Position numbers and translations under genes: made by a program
Notes under the pieces: model-generated
Databases searched by the model: none
Seen by the model: only the letters and a program-made list of their open reading frames with translations
Told to the model about the DNA's origin: nothing
Assembly (NCBI GenBank): GCA_040388215.1
Contig: JAZKCH010000015.1
Span: 17,771 to 81,770, forward strand
DNA from: Pseudomonadota bacterium
GTDB lineage: Bacteria; Pseudomonadota; Alphaproteobacteria; Sphingomonadales; Sphingomonadaceae
Direction of reading: 5' to 3'
DNA length: 64,000 nucleotides
Shown: positions 1 through 9,169 of the stretch, piece after piece
Numbering within the stretch: the first letter of the stretch is position 1
How the letters are laid out: each line of letters begins with the position of its first letter

Positions 1-2
1 AT

Positions 3-1655
3 CGGATCGACGGTCGGCTGGGCGAGGGCGCGATGGCGGACGTGTTCCGCGCATATGACCCGGGCATCGGCCGAACGGTTGCGATCAAGGTGCTGAAACC
101 GGAATTCGGCCGCGATCCCGAACTTGGCGAACGGTTCCTGCGTGAGGCGCGTGCGGCCGGCGCTCTGAATCATCCCAATATCGCGACGATCTACGACGTC
201 GGCGAGACGGACGGCGTCGTTTATATCGCGATGGAACTGATCGAGGGGCAACCGCTCGATACGCTTCTCCAGGCGCAGGGCCGGTTGCCGTACGAGCGCG
301 TCCTGGCGTTGGGCCAGCAACTGGCCGCCGCGCTGGATTATGCGCATAAGGCAGGCGTCATTCACCGTGATGTGAAGCCATCGAATATCCTGCTCTCGGC
401 GGATGGCCGCACCGTCAAGCTGCTTGATTTCGGTGTCGCGCGGATCGGCGATATCGACGTGTCGGGGGCCGAAGGGCGGCTGGCGCGCACGCAGGTCGGG
501 CAGATGATCGGTACCCCGCGCTACATGAGCCCCGAACAGGCACTGGGAATCCCGGTCGACAAACGCGCGGATCTCTTCTCGCTCGGTGTCGTGCTGTACG
601 AGATGGTGACGGGCAAGGTGGCGTTTCCGGGCATGGCGCTGGCGACGCTCGCCATCCAGATCGCGCAGGAGCAGGTCGAACCGATCGCGCGCTCCGCTGC
701 CGACTGCCCGCCCGGCCTGCGCTTCGTGATCGACAAGCTGCTCGCCAAGAAACCCGACCAGCGCTTCGCCGACGGCGCGGCGGTCTATCAGGCGCTGACT
801 CGCGAGATCGCGGCAACGGCCGAGGCGAGTCCTGGACGACGCGGTCTGCCCTTGAAGGTGAAATTCCCCCTCGCACTGGTGACGGTGACCGCGATCGCAC
901 TGGTTGCGAGCGTTTCGTCGATCCTGACGCGGCAGCAGCGTACGCTCGAACACATGGCGATCGTGTCGGGCAGTTCGATCGCCGCGTTCGTGACGGGCAA
1001 TACCGCGGTGCTGGCGGCGGACAATGCCGGGCTCGCGCCCGACCAACAGGATTGGACCGCACTGCAGGCGTTCGTCGCCTCGGCGTCGCGCGATCAGGAG
1101 ATCCGCGACATGGTCGTCGCCGATACCGACGGAATCGTGCGCGCGGCCGAGGATACCAAGCTGATCGGTACGCGGTATCGCAAGCCAACCGGCGAGGCGA
1201 CGATCAGTGGAGATGCGGCGGCAACTGCCGCGCCCGATCTGGGAGCCGGCGCCGGGCTGCGTTTCGTCCGACCGATCCGGTATGCTGGCGCCGAGTTCGG
1301 CACGGTCGATCTGGTGTTGCGCAGGACCGCGCTGGACGCTGCGATCGACAATGCGCGGATGCTGCTGATCATCCTGTCGCTGGTGATCATGGGCGTGGTC
1401 CTGATCATCGGGTATCTGAGCGGCGCGATGGTCGCGCGACCTTTGGCGAGGTTGCGGACGGCGCTCGACGAAGCGGCGAAGTCGGACTTCGCACTGCGTA
1501 TTTCGCATCGCCGCCGCGACGAGTTCGGCGCCGCGTTCGATGCCTTCAATCGTGCCGCCGCCGCGGTCGAGCCGCATCTGGCCGGCACCGGCGCGCAGGC
1601 CGACAGTGCGATGCGCGCAACCCAGATCGCCCCCTCGCCTCGCCTGGCCGCCTGA
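3..1655 (+). CDS. Membrane Ser/Thr protein kinase (kinase-TM-periplasmic domain-TM-HAMP), 5'-truncated by the window edge; PpkA/PknS-like
   Basis: The frame is open from base 3 (RIDGRLGEGAMADVF = Gly-rich loop), so the ATG at 33 is internal. Motifs VAIKVL, HRDVKPSN, DFG and GTPRYMSPE; two hydrophobic segments; HAMP-like ARPLARL...RRDEFG. Confidence 0.93.
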   Translation, partial: RIDGRLGEGAMADVFRAYDPGIGRTVAIKVLKPEFGRDPELGERFLREARAAGALNHPNIATIYDVGETDGVVYIAMELIEGQPLDTLLQAQGRLPYERVLALGQQLAAALDYAHKAGVIHRDVKPSNILLSADGRTVKLLDFGVARIGDIDVSGAEGRLARTQVGQMIGTPRYMSPEQALGIPVDKRADLFSLGVVLYEMVTGKVAFPGMALATLAIQIAQEQVEPIARSAADCPPGLRFVIDKLLAKKPDQRFADGAAVYQALTREIAATAEASPGRRGLPLKVKFPLALVTVTAIALVASVSSILTRQQRTLEHMAIVSGSSIAAFVTGNTAVLAADNAGLAPDQQDWTALQAFVASASRDQEIRDMVVADTDGIVRAAEDTKLIGTRYRKPTGEATISGDAAATAAPDLGAGAGLRFVRPIRYAGAEFGTVDLVLRRTALDAAIDNARMLLIILSLVIMGVVLIIGYLSGAMVARPLARLRTALDEAAKSDFALRISHRRRDEFGAAFDAFNRAAAAVEPHLAGTGAQADSAMRATQIAPSPRLAA

Positions 1656-1666
1656 GGACCTATCCG

Positions 1667-2677
1667 ATGTACATGCTCCAGCTCTTCGACGCGGACGATA
1701 TGGTTCAACCGATCGACGTGCGGCTGATCCGCGAAGGGTCGCTCCGGATCGGACGCGATACCGACGCCGATTGGCCGATTGCCGATCCCGAGTGCGCCCT
1801 GTCGCGGACCCACTGCGAACTGAGTGTCGAGGGTAACGGACTGACCTTGCGTGCGTTGGGCGCGAATGGCGTGTTCGATGCCGATACCGGCGAGCGTTTC
1901 GCCAATGCGGTGCCGGTGCGTCTGCCAATACCGAGTGCCCTCAGGCTCGGCCGGTTCAAGATGGTCGCGACTCAGGCTCCACATGGCGACATCGAGGTCG
2001 ACGGCGCGCTGACGATGGTGCTGACACCGCCGCTCGGCTCCTCGGTCGACGTGCCGAGCGACTGGGCCGATGCCAGTGCACCGCATACCGTCGGCGAAGG
2101 ATCGTTGCTCGAGGCGTTCTGCGAGGGGGCGGGACTCGATTGCTCGCTGCTATCCGAGGAGGAGCCGACCGAAATCATGCGACGGGCCGGTGCGGTCTAT
2201 CGCCAGATGGTGCTGGGGATCGGCGACCTGATGGCCGAGCGCGACCGCGCGCGCCGCCGCTATCAATTGACGCGGACGACGATCAGCGGTGCAGACAACA
2301 ACCCGTTCAAATGGGCGCCGACGCAGCGTCTGGCGGTCGACCTCCTGCTCGCCGGATCGAGCGGTTTCATGTCCGGACCCGCAGCGCTGAAATCGTCGTT
2401 TCGCGACCTCAAACGGCATTTGGTCGCCACCTTCGCAGGACTTCAGGGGAGCCTGCGTACCGCGATCGGGAGTTTCGATCCGGCGACGATCGATGCGGCG
2501 GTAGCGGACCGCGCCACGCTGTTGAGAAGCCGTACCGGCCTGCAGATGGCGGAGGTGGCCGACCGCCATGCGGATCTGACGCGACAGATTGCCGAGGCTG
2601 CTCCGGGATCGCTCGATCGCGCGTTTGCGGTCGCATACGACGTCGCCGACGCCAAGATGGCGCGCGATTCGGCATGA
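1667..2677 (+). CDS. FHA-domain protein with TagH/Fha (T6SS-associated)-type C-terminal domain
   Basis: ATG 1667 lies 11 nt after the kinase stop, preceded by GAGGA. FHA signature IGR...LSRTHC; C-terminal TRTTISGADNNPFKW resembles TagH. Confidence 0.85.
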   Translation: MYMLQLFDADDMVQPIDVRLIREGSLRIGRDTDADWPIADPECALSRTHCELSVEGNGLTLRALGANGVFDADTGERFANAVPVRLPIPSALRLGRFKMVATQAPHGDIEVDGALTMVLTPPLGSSVDVPSDWADASAPHTVGEGSLLEAFCEGAGLDCSLLSEEEPTEIMRRAGAVYRQMVLGIGDLMAERDRARRRYQLTRTTISGADNNPFKWAPTQRLAVDLLLAGSSGFMSGPAALKSSFRDLKRHLVATFAGLQGSLRTAIGSFDPATIDAAVADRATLLRSRTGLQMAEVADRHADLTRQIAEAAPGSLDRAFAVAYDVADAKMARDSA

Positions 2678-3420
2678 TCGTGTCCGCATGGCTGCGTCGC
2701 AAACCGCGGGCGCCGCAGCCGAAGGCGACGCTGCGGTCGGAGGGACGCACGCATGTCGGACGGGTGCGAACGGTGAACGAGGATCGCTTGCTGGATCGCG
2801 CCGATCGAGGACTGTGGGCCGTCGCGGACGGCATGGGCGGCCACAGCGCCGGGGCGGCCGCGGCCGCGACGGTCGTCACGGTGCTCGACGCGCTGGCGGA
2901 TGACCTGCGACCGATCGACGAGGCTCGCGTGCGCGAGGCGCTGACTTGCGCCAACCGGACGATCCACGACCGGGGAAGCGCGCATGTGACCAGCGGTGCC
3001 ACGGTGGTGGCCGCGCTGGTGGTCGGTGAAACCGCGACGATCTGCTGGGCGGGCGACAGCCGTGCCTATCGGATACGGGACGGCCGCGCCGAGCGTCTGA
3101 CGCGCGATCACAGCGTCGTACAGGAAATGATCGATGCCGGCGTGCTGAGCGAGGCCGCGGCAGAGCGTCATCCACAGGCGAACGTCGTAACGCGTGCGCT
3201 CGGCGTGACGCCGACGATCGCGGTAGACAGCGTGGCGGTCACGCTGGCGCCGGGCGATCGATTGCTGCTGTGTTCGGATGGGGTATCGCGGTCGATCGAT
3301 CCGCGCGATTTCGTCACGATGCCCGAAGCGATTGGCGACATCGCCGATCGGTTTCTGGCCAACGCCCTGCAACGCGACGGTGGCGACAATACGACGCTGG
3401 TGGTCGTCGCGGTACAGTGA
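2674..3420 (+). CDS. PP2C-family Ser/Thr phosphatase (PppA/Stp1-like)
   Basis: ATGA overlap with the FHA gene stop. Motifs GRVRTVNED, AVADGMGGH, WAGDSRAY, LTRDHS, LLCSDG, DNTT. Confidence 0.93.
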   Translation: MIVSAWLRRKPRAPQPKATLRSEGRTHVGRVRTVNEDRLLDRADRGLWAVADGMGGHSAGAAAAATVVTVLDALADDLRPIDEARVREALTCANRTIHDRGSAHVTSGATVVAALVVGETATICWAGDSRAYRIRDGRAERLTRDHSVVQEMIDAGVLSEAAAERHPQANVVTRALGVTPTIAVDSVAVTLAPGDRLLLCSDGVSRSIDPRDFVTMPEAIGDIADRFLANALQRDGGDNTTLVVVAVQ

Positions 3421-3489
3421 CCGACTGACTGCGTGCGGGCGGACGCGCATAAGGTGGACGCCGTCGGCTTACAGATCGTGACGCGAACG

Positions 3490-4908
3490 CTAACTGCCGA
3501 GCGCGCGATGGAGCTGGATGTGGGCGAGTGAAGCAGCGACGTGCTGGCGAACGACGGCCAGCTCCGCGGACAGCACCGCTTGGCGTGCCTCGAGCAGCGG
3601 CAAGGCCGCGACGTCGCCGCGGGCGTAGCGGACCTCGACCATCGCTCTTGTTCGGCGTCGTGACGCGAGATTGCCTTCGGACAGGCTGATGCGCTCGGCG
3701 GCGGCGCGGCTCGCCGACAGCGCGTCGTCGACTTCGCGCCAGGCGTTGAGGACGGTCTGGCGGTACGCAAGCGCGGCGGTTCGCTCTTCCGAACGGCGCA
3801 GGTCGAGCTGCCGCTGCAACCGGCCCCCGGAGAAGATCGGGAGAGACAGGCTCGGCCCGATGCTCGTGCTGCGCGCGTTCCAGCCGAAATCGGCGAGGTT
3901 CAGGACGTCGATATCGAACAGGCCCGTCAGGCTGATCTTGGGATAGAAATCGGCCTGCGCGACGCCGATCTGCGCGGCCGCTGCGTGGAGCCGTGCTTCG
4001 GCCTCGACGATGTCGGGACGTGTGCGGGCAACCTCGGAGGGCATGCGCACCGCCGCCGTCGGGAGCGGGCTTTGCGGTCGCAGCGTGGTGCGATCGAACG
4101 GGGCGGTATCGGGCGTGCCACCGACCAGGATCGCCAGCGCGCACTGTGTCGTGGCCGCCTGGTGGTAGAGCGCGACGATATCGCCGTGAAGAGCCCGCAG
4201 TTTCTCCTCGATCGCGGCAAGATCGATCGGTGTGGCGAGACCGCGGGCCAGCAGCGCGCGCGCGATCGATGCATTGCGCTCGGCGAGTGCGACCCCGTCC
4301 TGTGCGATGCGGCGCTCGTCCCACAGGCCGCGCAGTTGGAAATAGGTGCGCGCGACCTCGGCCTCGACCGACAGGCGCACGCCGCGCGCGGTGGCTTCGG
4401 TGGCCTCGACCGAAGCCTGCGCGGCCTCGGCCTGGCGACGATGGCCACCCCAGAGATCGAGTTCCCAGCTCGCGCCGACGCCGACGCCGTAGAGATCGAA
4501 GTCGACGCCCTTGGGCAGGGTCGTCGTCGGGGTGACGCCGAGCAGCGTCTGCGTCACCGAGGCGATCCCCGCGGTGCCGATGCGCTCGCGACTATAGCCG
4601 GCTTGGCCCTCGACCTGCGGCGCACCGGCGGCACGAGCCTGGCCGCGTTCGATCCGTGCGGCGGTGATCCGTTCGATCGCCGCGGCGATGTCGAGGTTCG
4701 CCGAACCGGCTCGAGCCTCCAGCGCGTCGAGCACCGGATCGTCGAAGCTTCGCCACCAGCGCGCATCGGGGCTAGCCGAGACCGGGGCCGCACTCTGCCA
4801 GACCGGCGGCAGGATCGCCGCGGGCGGCGCAAAGTTCGGGCCAACCGTACAGCCTGCCAGCGCGACGGCGAGCAGTAGCGGCGCCCGCGAGCGTTTCAGA
4901 TCATGCAT
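3490..4908 (-). CDS. Efflux outer-membrane lipoprotein, NodT/OprM family
   Basis: Lipobox LAGC; SWELDLWG, RPDIVEAE and ADFYPKISL motifs; last gene of the RND operon. Confidence 0.93.
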   Translation of the reverse strand: MHDLKRSRAPLLLAVALAGCTVGPNFAPPAAILPPVWQSAAPVSASPDARWWRSFDDPVLDALEARAGSANLDIAAAIERITAARIERGQARAAGAPQVEGQAGYSRERIGTAGIASVTQTLLGVTPTTTLPKGVDFDLYGVGVGASWELDLWGGHRRQAEAAQASVEATEATARGVRLSVEAEVARTYFQLRGLWDERRIAQDGVALAERNASIARALLARGLATPIDLAAIEEKLRALHGDIVALYHQAATTQCALAILVGGTPDTAPFDRTTLRPQSPLPTAAVRMPSEVARTRPDIVEAEARLHAAAAQIGVAQADFYPKISLTGLFDIDVLNLADFGWNARSTSIGPSLSLPIFSGGRLQRQLDLRRSEERTAALAYRQTVLNAWREVDDALSASRAAAERISLSEGNLASRRRTRAMVEVRYARGDVAALPLLEARQAVLSAELAVVRQHVAASLAHIQLHRALGS

Positions 4909-7900
4909 TGTCGTGGTCCTCCTTCGGAAAGCCGGATGTGCGATCGAACGCGAGCGCGTAGAGCGCGGGGAGGGCGACCAGCGTGAGGATCGTCGCGCCG
5001 ATCAGCCCGCCGATCATCACGATCGCCATCGGCCCCCAGAAGATGTTGAAGCAGAGCGGAATGAACGCGAGCACCGCTGCCAGTGCGGTCAGCACGACCG
5101 GGCGCGAGCGTCCGATCGTCGCGGCGACGATCGCCGCGGGCAGGTCCATGCCCTCGGCTTGGTTATGCGTCACCTGATCGACCAGGATGATCGAATTGCG
5201 CATGATCATTCCGGCGAGCGCGATCAGCCCGAGCAAAGCGACGAACCCGAACGGCGCGCCGGTCAGCACCAGCGCCACGACCGCGCCGATCACCCCGAGC
5301 GGCGCGGTCGCCAGCACCAGCAGCGTCCGGCCGATGCTCTGCAATTGGATCATCAGCAGCAGGAGCATTAGCGCGAAGGTGATCGGCAGGAGCGCATAGA
5401 TCGCGTCGTTCGCCTTGGCGGAGAGCTCGCCGTCGCCGCCGTCCTCGATCCGGTAGCCGGCGGGGAGCGAGGTCGCGATCGCGGCGACGCGCGCGGCGGC
5501 GGCGTCGACGACTTCGCCGGCCTGGACGTCGCCGGTCATGTCCGCCTGCACGGTCATGCAGAGCGCGCCGTTGCGCGTCCAGACGATCGGCTGCTCGGTG
5601 GTCGCGCCGATCCGCGCGACCTGGCCGAGCGGGACCGGACCGCCGGGCGTGCTCAGCGCCATGTCGGCGAGCCGCCCCGGATCGCTGCGATCCGCTGCCG
5701 TCCCGCGCACGACGATGCCGATCCGCTTGGTCCCGCGGAGTACATCACCGGCCGGCTGGCCCGACAGCATCGTTGCGACATCACCCGCCAGCCGCGCCCT
5801 ATCGAGCCCGAGCCGCGCGACCCGCGCGGGGTCGAGATCGAGCCGCACCGCGACCGACGGCGTCCCCCAATCCGCCTGGACCGCAGTCGTGCCGGGCGTC
5901 GCGCGCAGCACCGCTTCCAGCCGCGTGGCGATGGTCCGCAAAATCTCCGGATCGGGCCCGATCACGCGGTATTGCACGGGAAAGCCGGCACTCGGCCCGA
6001 GCGACAGGCGGCGGACGTGGAGCTTGGCTTCGGGCGACGCGTGGTTTGCGAGCAGCCGCGCGATGACACGTTCACGCGCGTGCAGGTCGGTCGCGACCAG
6101 CACCATCGTCGCGGTCGCCGGGTCGGGCAGCGAGGGGCCGTAGGGGAGATAGAAGCGGGGCGCGCCCTGGCCTATATAGCTGTCGACCTGGGCGATATCG
6201 CGGTCCTTCGCGATGCTCGCCTCGATCCGCTTTACCGCCGCCAAGGTCGCGGACAGTGACGCGCCGGGCCGCAGGCTGACGTCGACGATGATTTCGGGGC
6301 GGTCGGAGATCGGGAAGAATTGCTGGCGGACCAGCATTGCGGCCGCGAGACTGGCCACCAGCAGCGCCGCGGTGACCGCGACCACGGTCTTGCGCCGCGC
6401 CATGCACGCATCGACCAGCTTGCGCAGCCGCCGGTACACCGGCGTATCGTACATCGCGTCCGTATCGTGGTGTGCGCGCGCTTCGGGCAGCAGCCGCACG
6501 CCCAGATACGGCGTGAACACAACCGCGACGATCCAGCTGACCAGCAACGCCGACCCGGTCACCCAGAAGATCCCGCCGGCATATTCGCTGGTCGTCGATT
6601 GCGCGAACCCGACCGGCAGGAAGCCGACGATCGTCAGCAGCGTCCCCGTCAGCATCGGAAACGCGGTGTGCGTCCAGGCATAGGCGGCGGCATCGGCCCG
6701 GCTCGCGCCCTTTTCGAGCTGGACCACCATCGCCTCGACGCTGATGATCGCATCGTCGACCAGCAGCCCGAGCGACAGGATCAGCGCGCCGAGCGAGATC
6801 CGCTCGAGCCCGATCCCGCTGGCGCCCATGAACAGCGCGACGATCGCGAGCGTCAGCGGCACCGACAGTGCGACGACGACGCCGGTCCGCCAGCCCAGCG
6901 TGGCAAACGCGACCAGCAGAACGACCGTCAGCGCGCAGAAGAACTTGATCAGGAACGCGTCGACCGCCTCGCGGATATTCTGGCTTTGGTCCTGAACCTG
7001 CGTCATCGTCTCGCCCGCGGGCAGCGTCCGGCCGAACGCCGCGGCGGCTTCCGACAATTGCTTGCCGAAGCCGAGCCCGTCGGCCCCCGGCGCCATCGCG
7101 ATCGCCAGCACCACCGCGGGCTTCGCCGCGTGGCGGACCAGCCCGTCGGGGGGATCGGCATAGCCGTTGCTGACCGTACCGATGTCGCCGACCCTGATCG
7201 TCCCGTTCGCGCCGGGGACGGCGGTATTCTCCACCGTATCGACGCTGTCGACCGCACCACCGATCCGCACGGGGACGCGCATCGACCGCTCGACGACGCC
7301 CGCCGGCGCGACGCTGCCGCGCTTCGCCAGCGCCTGCACGACTGCGTCCGGCGACAGTCCCAACGCGGCGAGCCGGCGCGAGTCGACATCGACGAACAGC
7401 CGGCGCGGCACTTCGCCGGTGATCTGCACCTTGCTCGCGCCGGGCACGCGCAGCACCGCGTCGCGCGCCTGCTCGGCCAGCGCCACCAGCCGCGCATTGT
7501 CCGCGCCGGTCAGCGTGAAGACATAGCCATAGACGTCGGCATAATCGTCATCGGCGGCGACCGTTGCCCCGGTCGGCAGACCCGGCTCGAGATCCTTCAG
7601 CTGCATGCGGACCTGTTGCCAGATCACGGGCACGCGGTCCTTCGGCGCGCCATCCTTCAGCGACACGCGGATCGCGCAGCGGCCATCGACGCAATAGGTC
7701 TGGAGGAAATCGAGATCCTCGGTCGCGCGCAGCCGGCGTTCGATCGGATCGGCGACCTGCGCGCGCATCTGCGATGGCGTCGCGCCGGGCCACGCCGCGG
7801 CGACGATCATCTCCTTCAGCGTGAAGGTCGGGTCCTCGTCGCGGCCGAGCGCGAAGAATTGCACGGTACCGGCGGCGAACAGCAGCGCGATCAGGAAGCC

Positions 7901-7951
7901 GACGAGCGCGGGGTGGCGGATCGCCCAGCACGACAGGTTGAAGCGGTCCAT
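4901..7951 (-). CDS. RND efflux permease, MexK/TriC-like
   Basis: 1016 aa; N-terminus FNLSCWAI...LGRDEDPTFT; LLVDDAII proton-relay motif; MIMRNSIIL and RSRPVVLT motifs. Confidence 0.93.
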   Translation of the reverse strand: MDRFNLSCWAIRHPALVGFLIALLFAAGTVQFFALGRDEDPTFTLKEMIVAAAWPGATPSQMRAQVADPIERRLRATEDLDFLQTYCVDGRCAIRVSLKDGAPKDRVPVIWQQVRMQLKDLEPGLPTGATVAADDDYADVYGYVFTLTGADNARLVALAEQARDAVLRVPGASKVQITGEVPRRLFVDVDSRRLAALGLSPDAVVQALAKRGSVAPAGVVERSMRVPVRIGGAVDSVDTVENTAVPGANGTIRVGDIGTVSNGYADPPDGLVRHAAKPAVVLAIAMAPGADGLGFGKQLSEAAAAFGRTLPAGETMTQVQDQSQNIREAVDAFLIKFFCALTVVLLVAFATLGWRTGVVVALSVPLTLAIVALFMGASGIGLERISLGALILSLGLLVDDAIISVEAMVVQLEKGASRADAAAYAWTHTAFPMLTGTLLTIVGFLPVGFAQSTTSEYAGGIFWVTGSALLVSWIVAVVFTPYLGVRLLPEARAHHDTDAMYDTPVYRRLRKLVDACMARRKTVVAVTAALLVASLAAAMLVRQQFFPISDRPEIIVDVSLRPGASLSATLAAVKRIEASIAKDRDIAQVDSYIGQGAPRFYLPYGPSLPDPATATMVLVATDLHARERVIARLLANHASPEAKLHVRRLSLGPSAGFPVQYRVIGPDPEILRTIATRLEAVLRATPGTTAVQADWGTPSVAVRLDLDPARVARLGLDRARLAGDVATMLSGQPAGDVLRGTKRIGIVVRGTAADRSDPGRLADMALSTPGGPVPLGQVARIGATTEQPIVWTRNGALCMTVQADMTGDVQAGEVVDAAAARVAAIATSLPAGYRIEDGGDGELSAKANDAIYALLPITFALMLLLLMIQLQSIGRTLLVLATAPLGVIGAVVALVLTGAPFGFVALLGLIALAGMIMRNSIILVDQVTHNQAEGMDLPAAIVAATIGRSRPVVLTALAAVLAFIPLCFNIFWGPMAIVMIGGLIGATILTLVALPALYALAFDRTSGFPKEDHDNA

Positions 7952-7954
7952 CGC

Positions 7955-9046
7955 TCAGTTGCCGCCTGGAACGACGCCGGCCATGACCACGCGCTGCCCT
8001 TCCGACAGCGTGTCGCCGTCGCTCGCGACGATCCGCTGGCCATCGGGCAGACCCGAGACGATCGCGTCGTCGCCGCGCAGTTCGACCAGATGCACCGGCT
8101 GGCGGTGGACGCGGTCGCCAGCCGTCGACAACGACCAGACATGCGGCTGGCTCCCCTGCGCGCCGAGCGCGGTCAGCGGCACGCGGATCGTCGCCTTGGG
8201 ATCGGGCAACCGCAACGTGACCGTCGCCGAACTGTTGAACGGGATCTGCGAGACATTGCCGAGCACGCTGAACCGCGCGGTCCGCAACCGCAGCGCGCCG
8301 TCCGCCGCGGGCCCGACCAGCCGCAGCCGTGCCTCCACGATCGTGTCGGGCGCGGACCAGAAGCTCGCATCTGCCATCGTGCCGCTGCTCAGTCGGATGC
8401 GTTCAGGCAGGCGGACCTCGATTTCCGGACCACCCGCGGCCAGCCGGACGACGACGCTGCCGGCGTCGACGACGGTACCGGAGTCGACGGCGCGCTCCGT
8501 GACGATGCCGTCCTCGGGCGCGACCAGCACCGCGTCGGCGAGCGTGGCGCGGCTGTGCTCGAACACCGCGCGCGCCGCTTCGCGCCTCGCCGTCGCGGCG
8601 CTGGCGGTCAGTGCACGGTCGCGGACGTCCGCTTCCGACAACGCACCGATCCCGTCGAGCCCGGCCGCGCGTCGTGCCGCGTCGCCGGCTCGCGTCGCCT
8701 CGGCGGTCGCGACGGCAAGTTCGGCGCGGGCCTGTCCGGTATCGGCGATCGCTTCGACGCGCGACAGGCGGGCGAGGACCTGCCCAGCGCGGACGTGATC
8801 GCCGACCTGCACGCTCAGCGCGAGCACGCGTCCACCGGTCTTGAACCCGAGCGCGATATCGCGGCGCGGGCGCAGGACGCCGTCGAACGACGCGGTCTGG
8901 CCGCCGGCGTGGTGGATCGTGACGACATCGACCAGCGTGGCGTCCGATGTGGGCAAGGCAACCGGCTCGGAGGAACAGCCGGCGCACGCTAATAAGGTGA
9001 AACCGGCCGCAATGAGCCCGGTGGTCGAGTGGAAAGTCTTCGGCAT
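7955..9046 (-). CDS. RND periplasmic adaptor (membrane fusion) lipoprotein
   Basis: Lipobox LLACAGC; lipoyl-like GGRVLALSVQVGDHVRAGQVLARL; LVAPEDGIV motif; directly upstream of the RND gene. Confidence 0.92.
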   Translation of the reverse strand: MPKTFHSTTGLIAAGFTLLACAGCSSEPVALPTSDATLVDVVTIHHAGGQTASFDGVLRPRRDIALGFKTGGRVLALSVQVGDHVRAGQVLARLSRVEAIADTGQARAELAVATAEATRAGDAARRAAGLDGIGALSEADVRDRALTASAATARREAARAVFEHSRATLADAVLVAPEDGIVTERAVDSGTVVDAGSVVVRLAAGGPEIEVRLPERIRLSSGTMADASFWSAPDTIVEARLRLVGPAADGALRLRTARFSVLGNVSQIPFNSSATVTLRLPDPKATIRVPLTALGAQGSQPHVWSLSTAGDRVHRQPVHLVELRGDDAIVSGLPDGQRIVASDGDTLSEGQRVVMAGVVPGGN

Positions 9047-9110
9047 CGTCGCGTCCCGTTGGTGAACGCGGTTGCCCTGAAGGTCCGGGCCGATCCTGGC
9101 CTGCCGATCC

Positions 9111-9146
9111 TCGAAATCGACCAGTCATTTTTGAAAACGACCGGTC
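9111..9146. promoter_or_regulatory. Tandem 16-bp direct repeat with 20-bp period; putative AraC-family operator for the RND operon
   Basis: TCGAAATCGACCAGTC (9111-9126) and TTGAAAACGACCGGTC (9131-9146) match at 13/16, between the AraC gene and the adaptor gene start. Confidence 0.5.
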
Positions 9147-9169
9147 TGCAGGCGTGTAAAACAGCCTGG

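Noticed and set aside
33-35. ATG given as the kinase start by the ORF track
   Set aside because: The kinase Gly-rich loop (LGEGAM) lies upstream in the same open frame, so the gene begins before the window.
1052-1666. N-terminal extension of the FHA ORF (and 2140-2673 for the PP2C ORF)
   Set aside because: These overlap the preceding genes out of frame; RBS or ATGA-coupled starts at 1667 and 2674 fit better.
6320-8992. 890-aa ORF antisense to the RND and adaptor genes (similar ones at 22894-25365, 27958-30315, 33350-35512 and 41596-43959)
   Set aside because: These mirror genuine genes codon for codon; high GC3 bias leaves the antisense frame free of stops. They are Arg/Gly/Asp-rich with no recognisable motifs or RBS.
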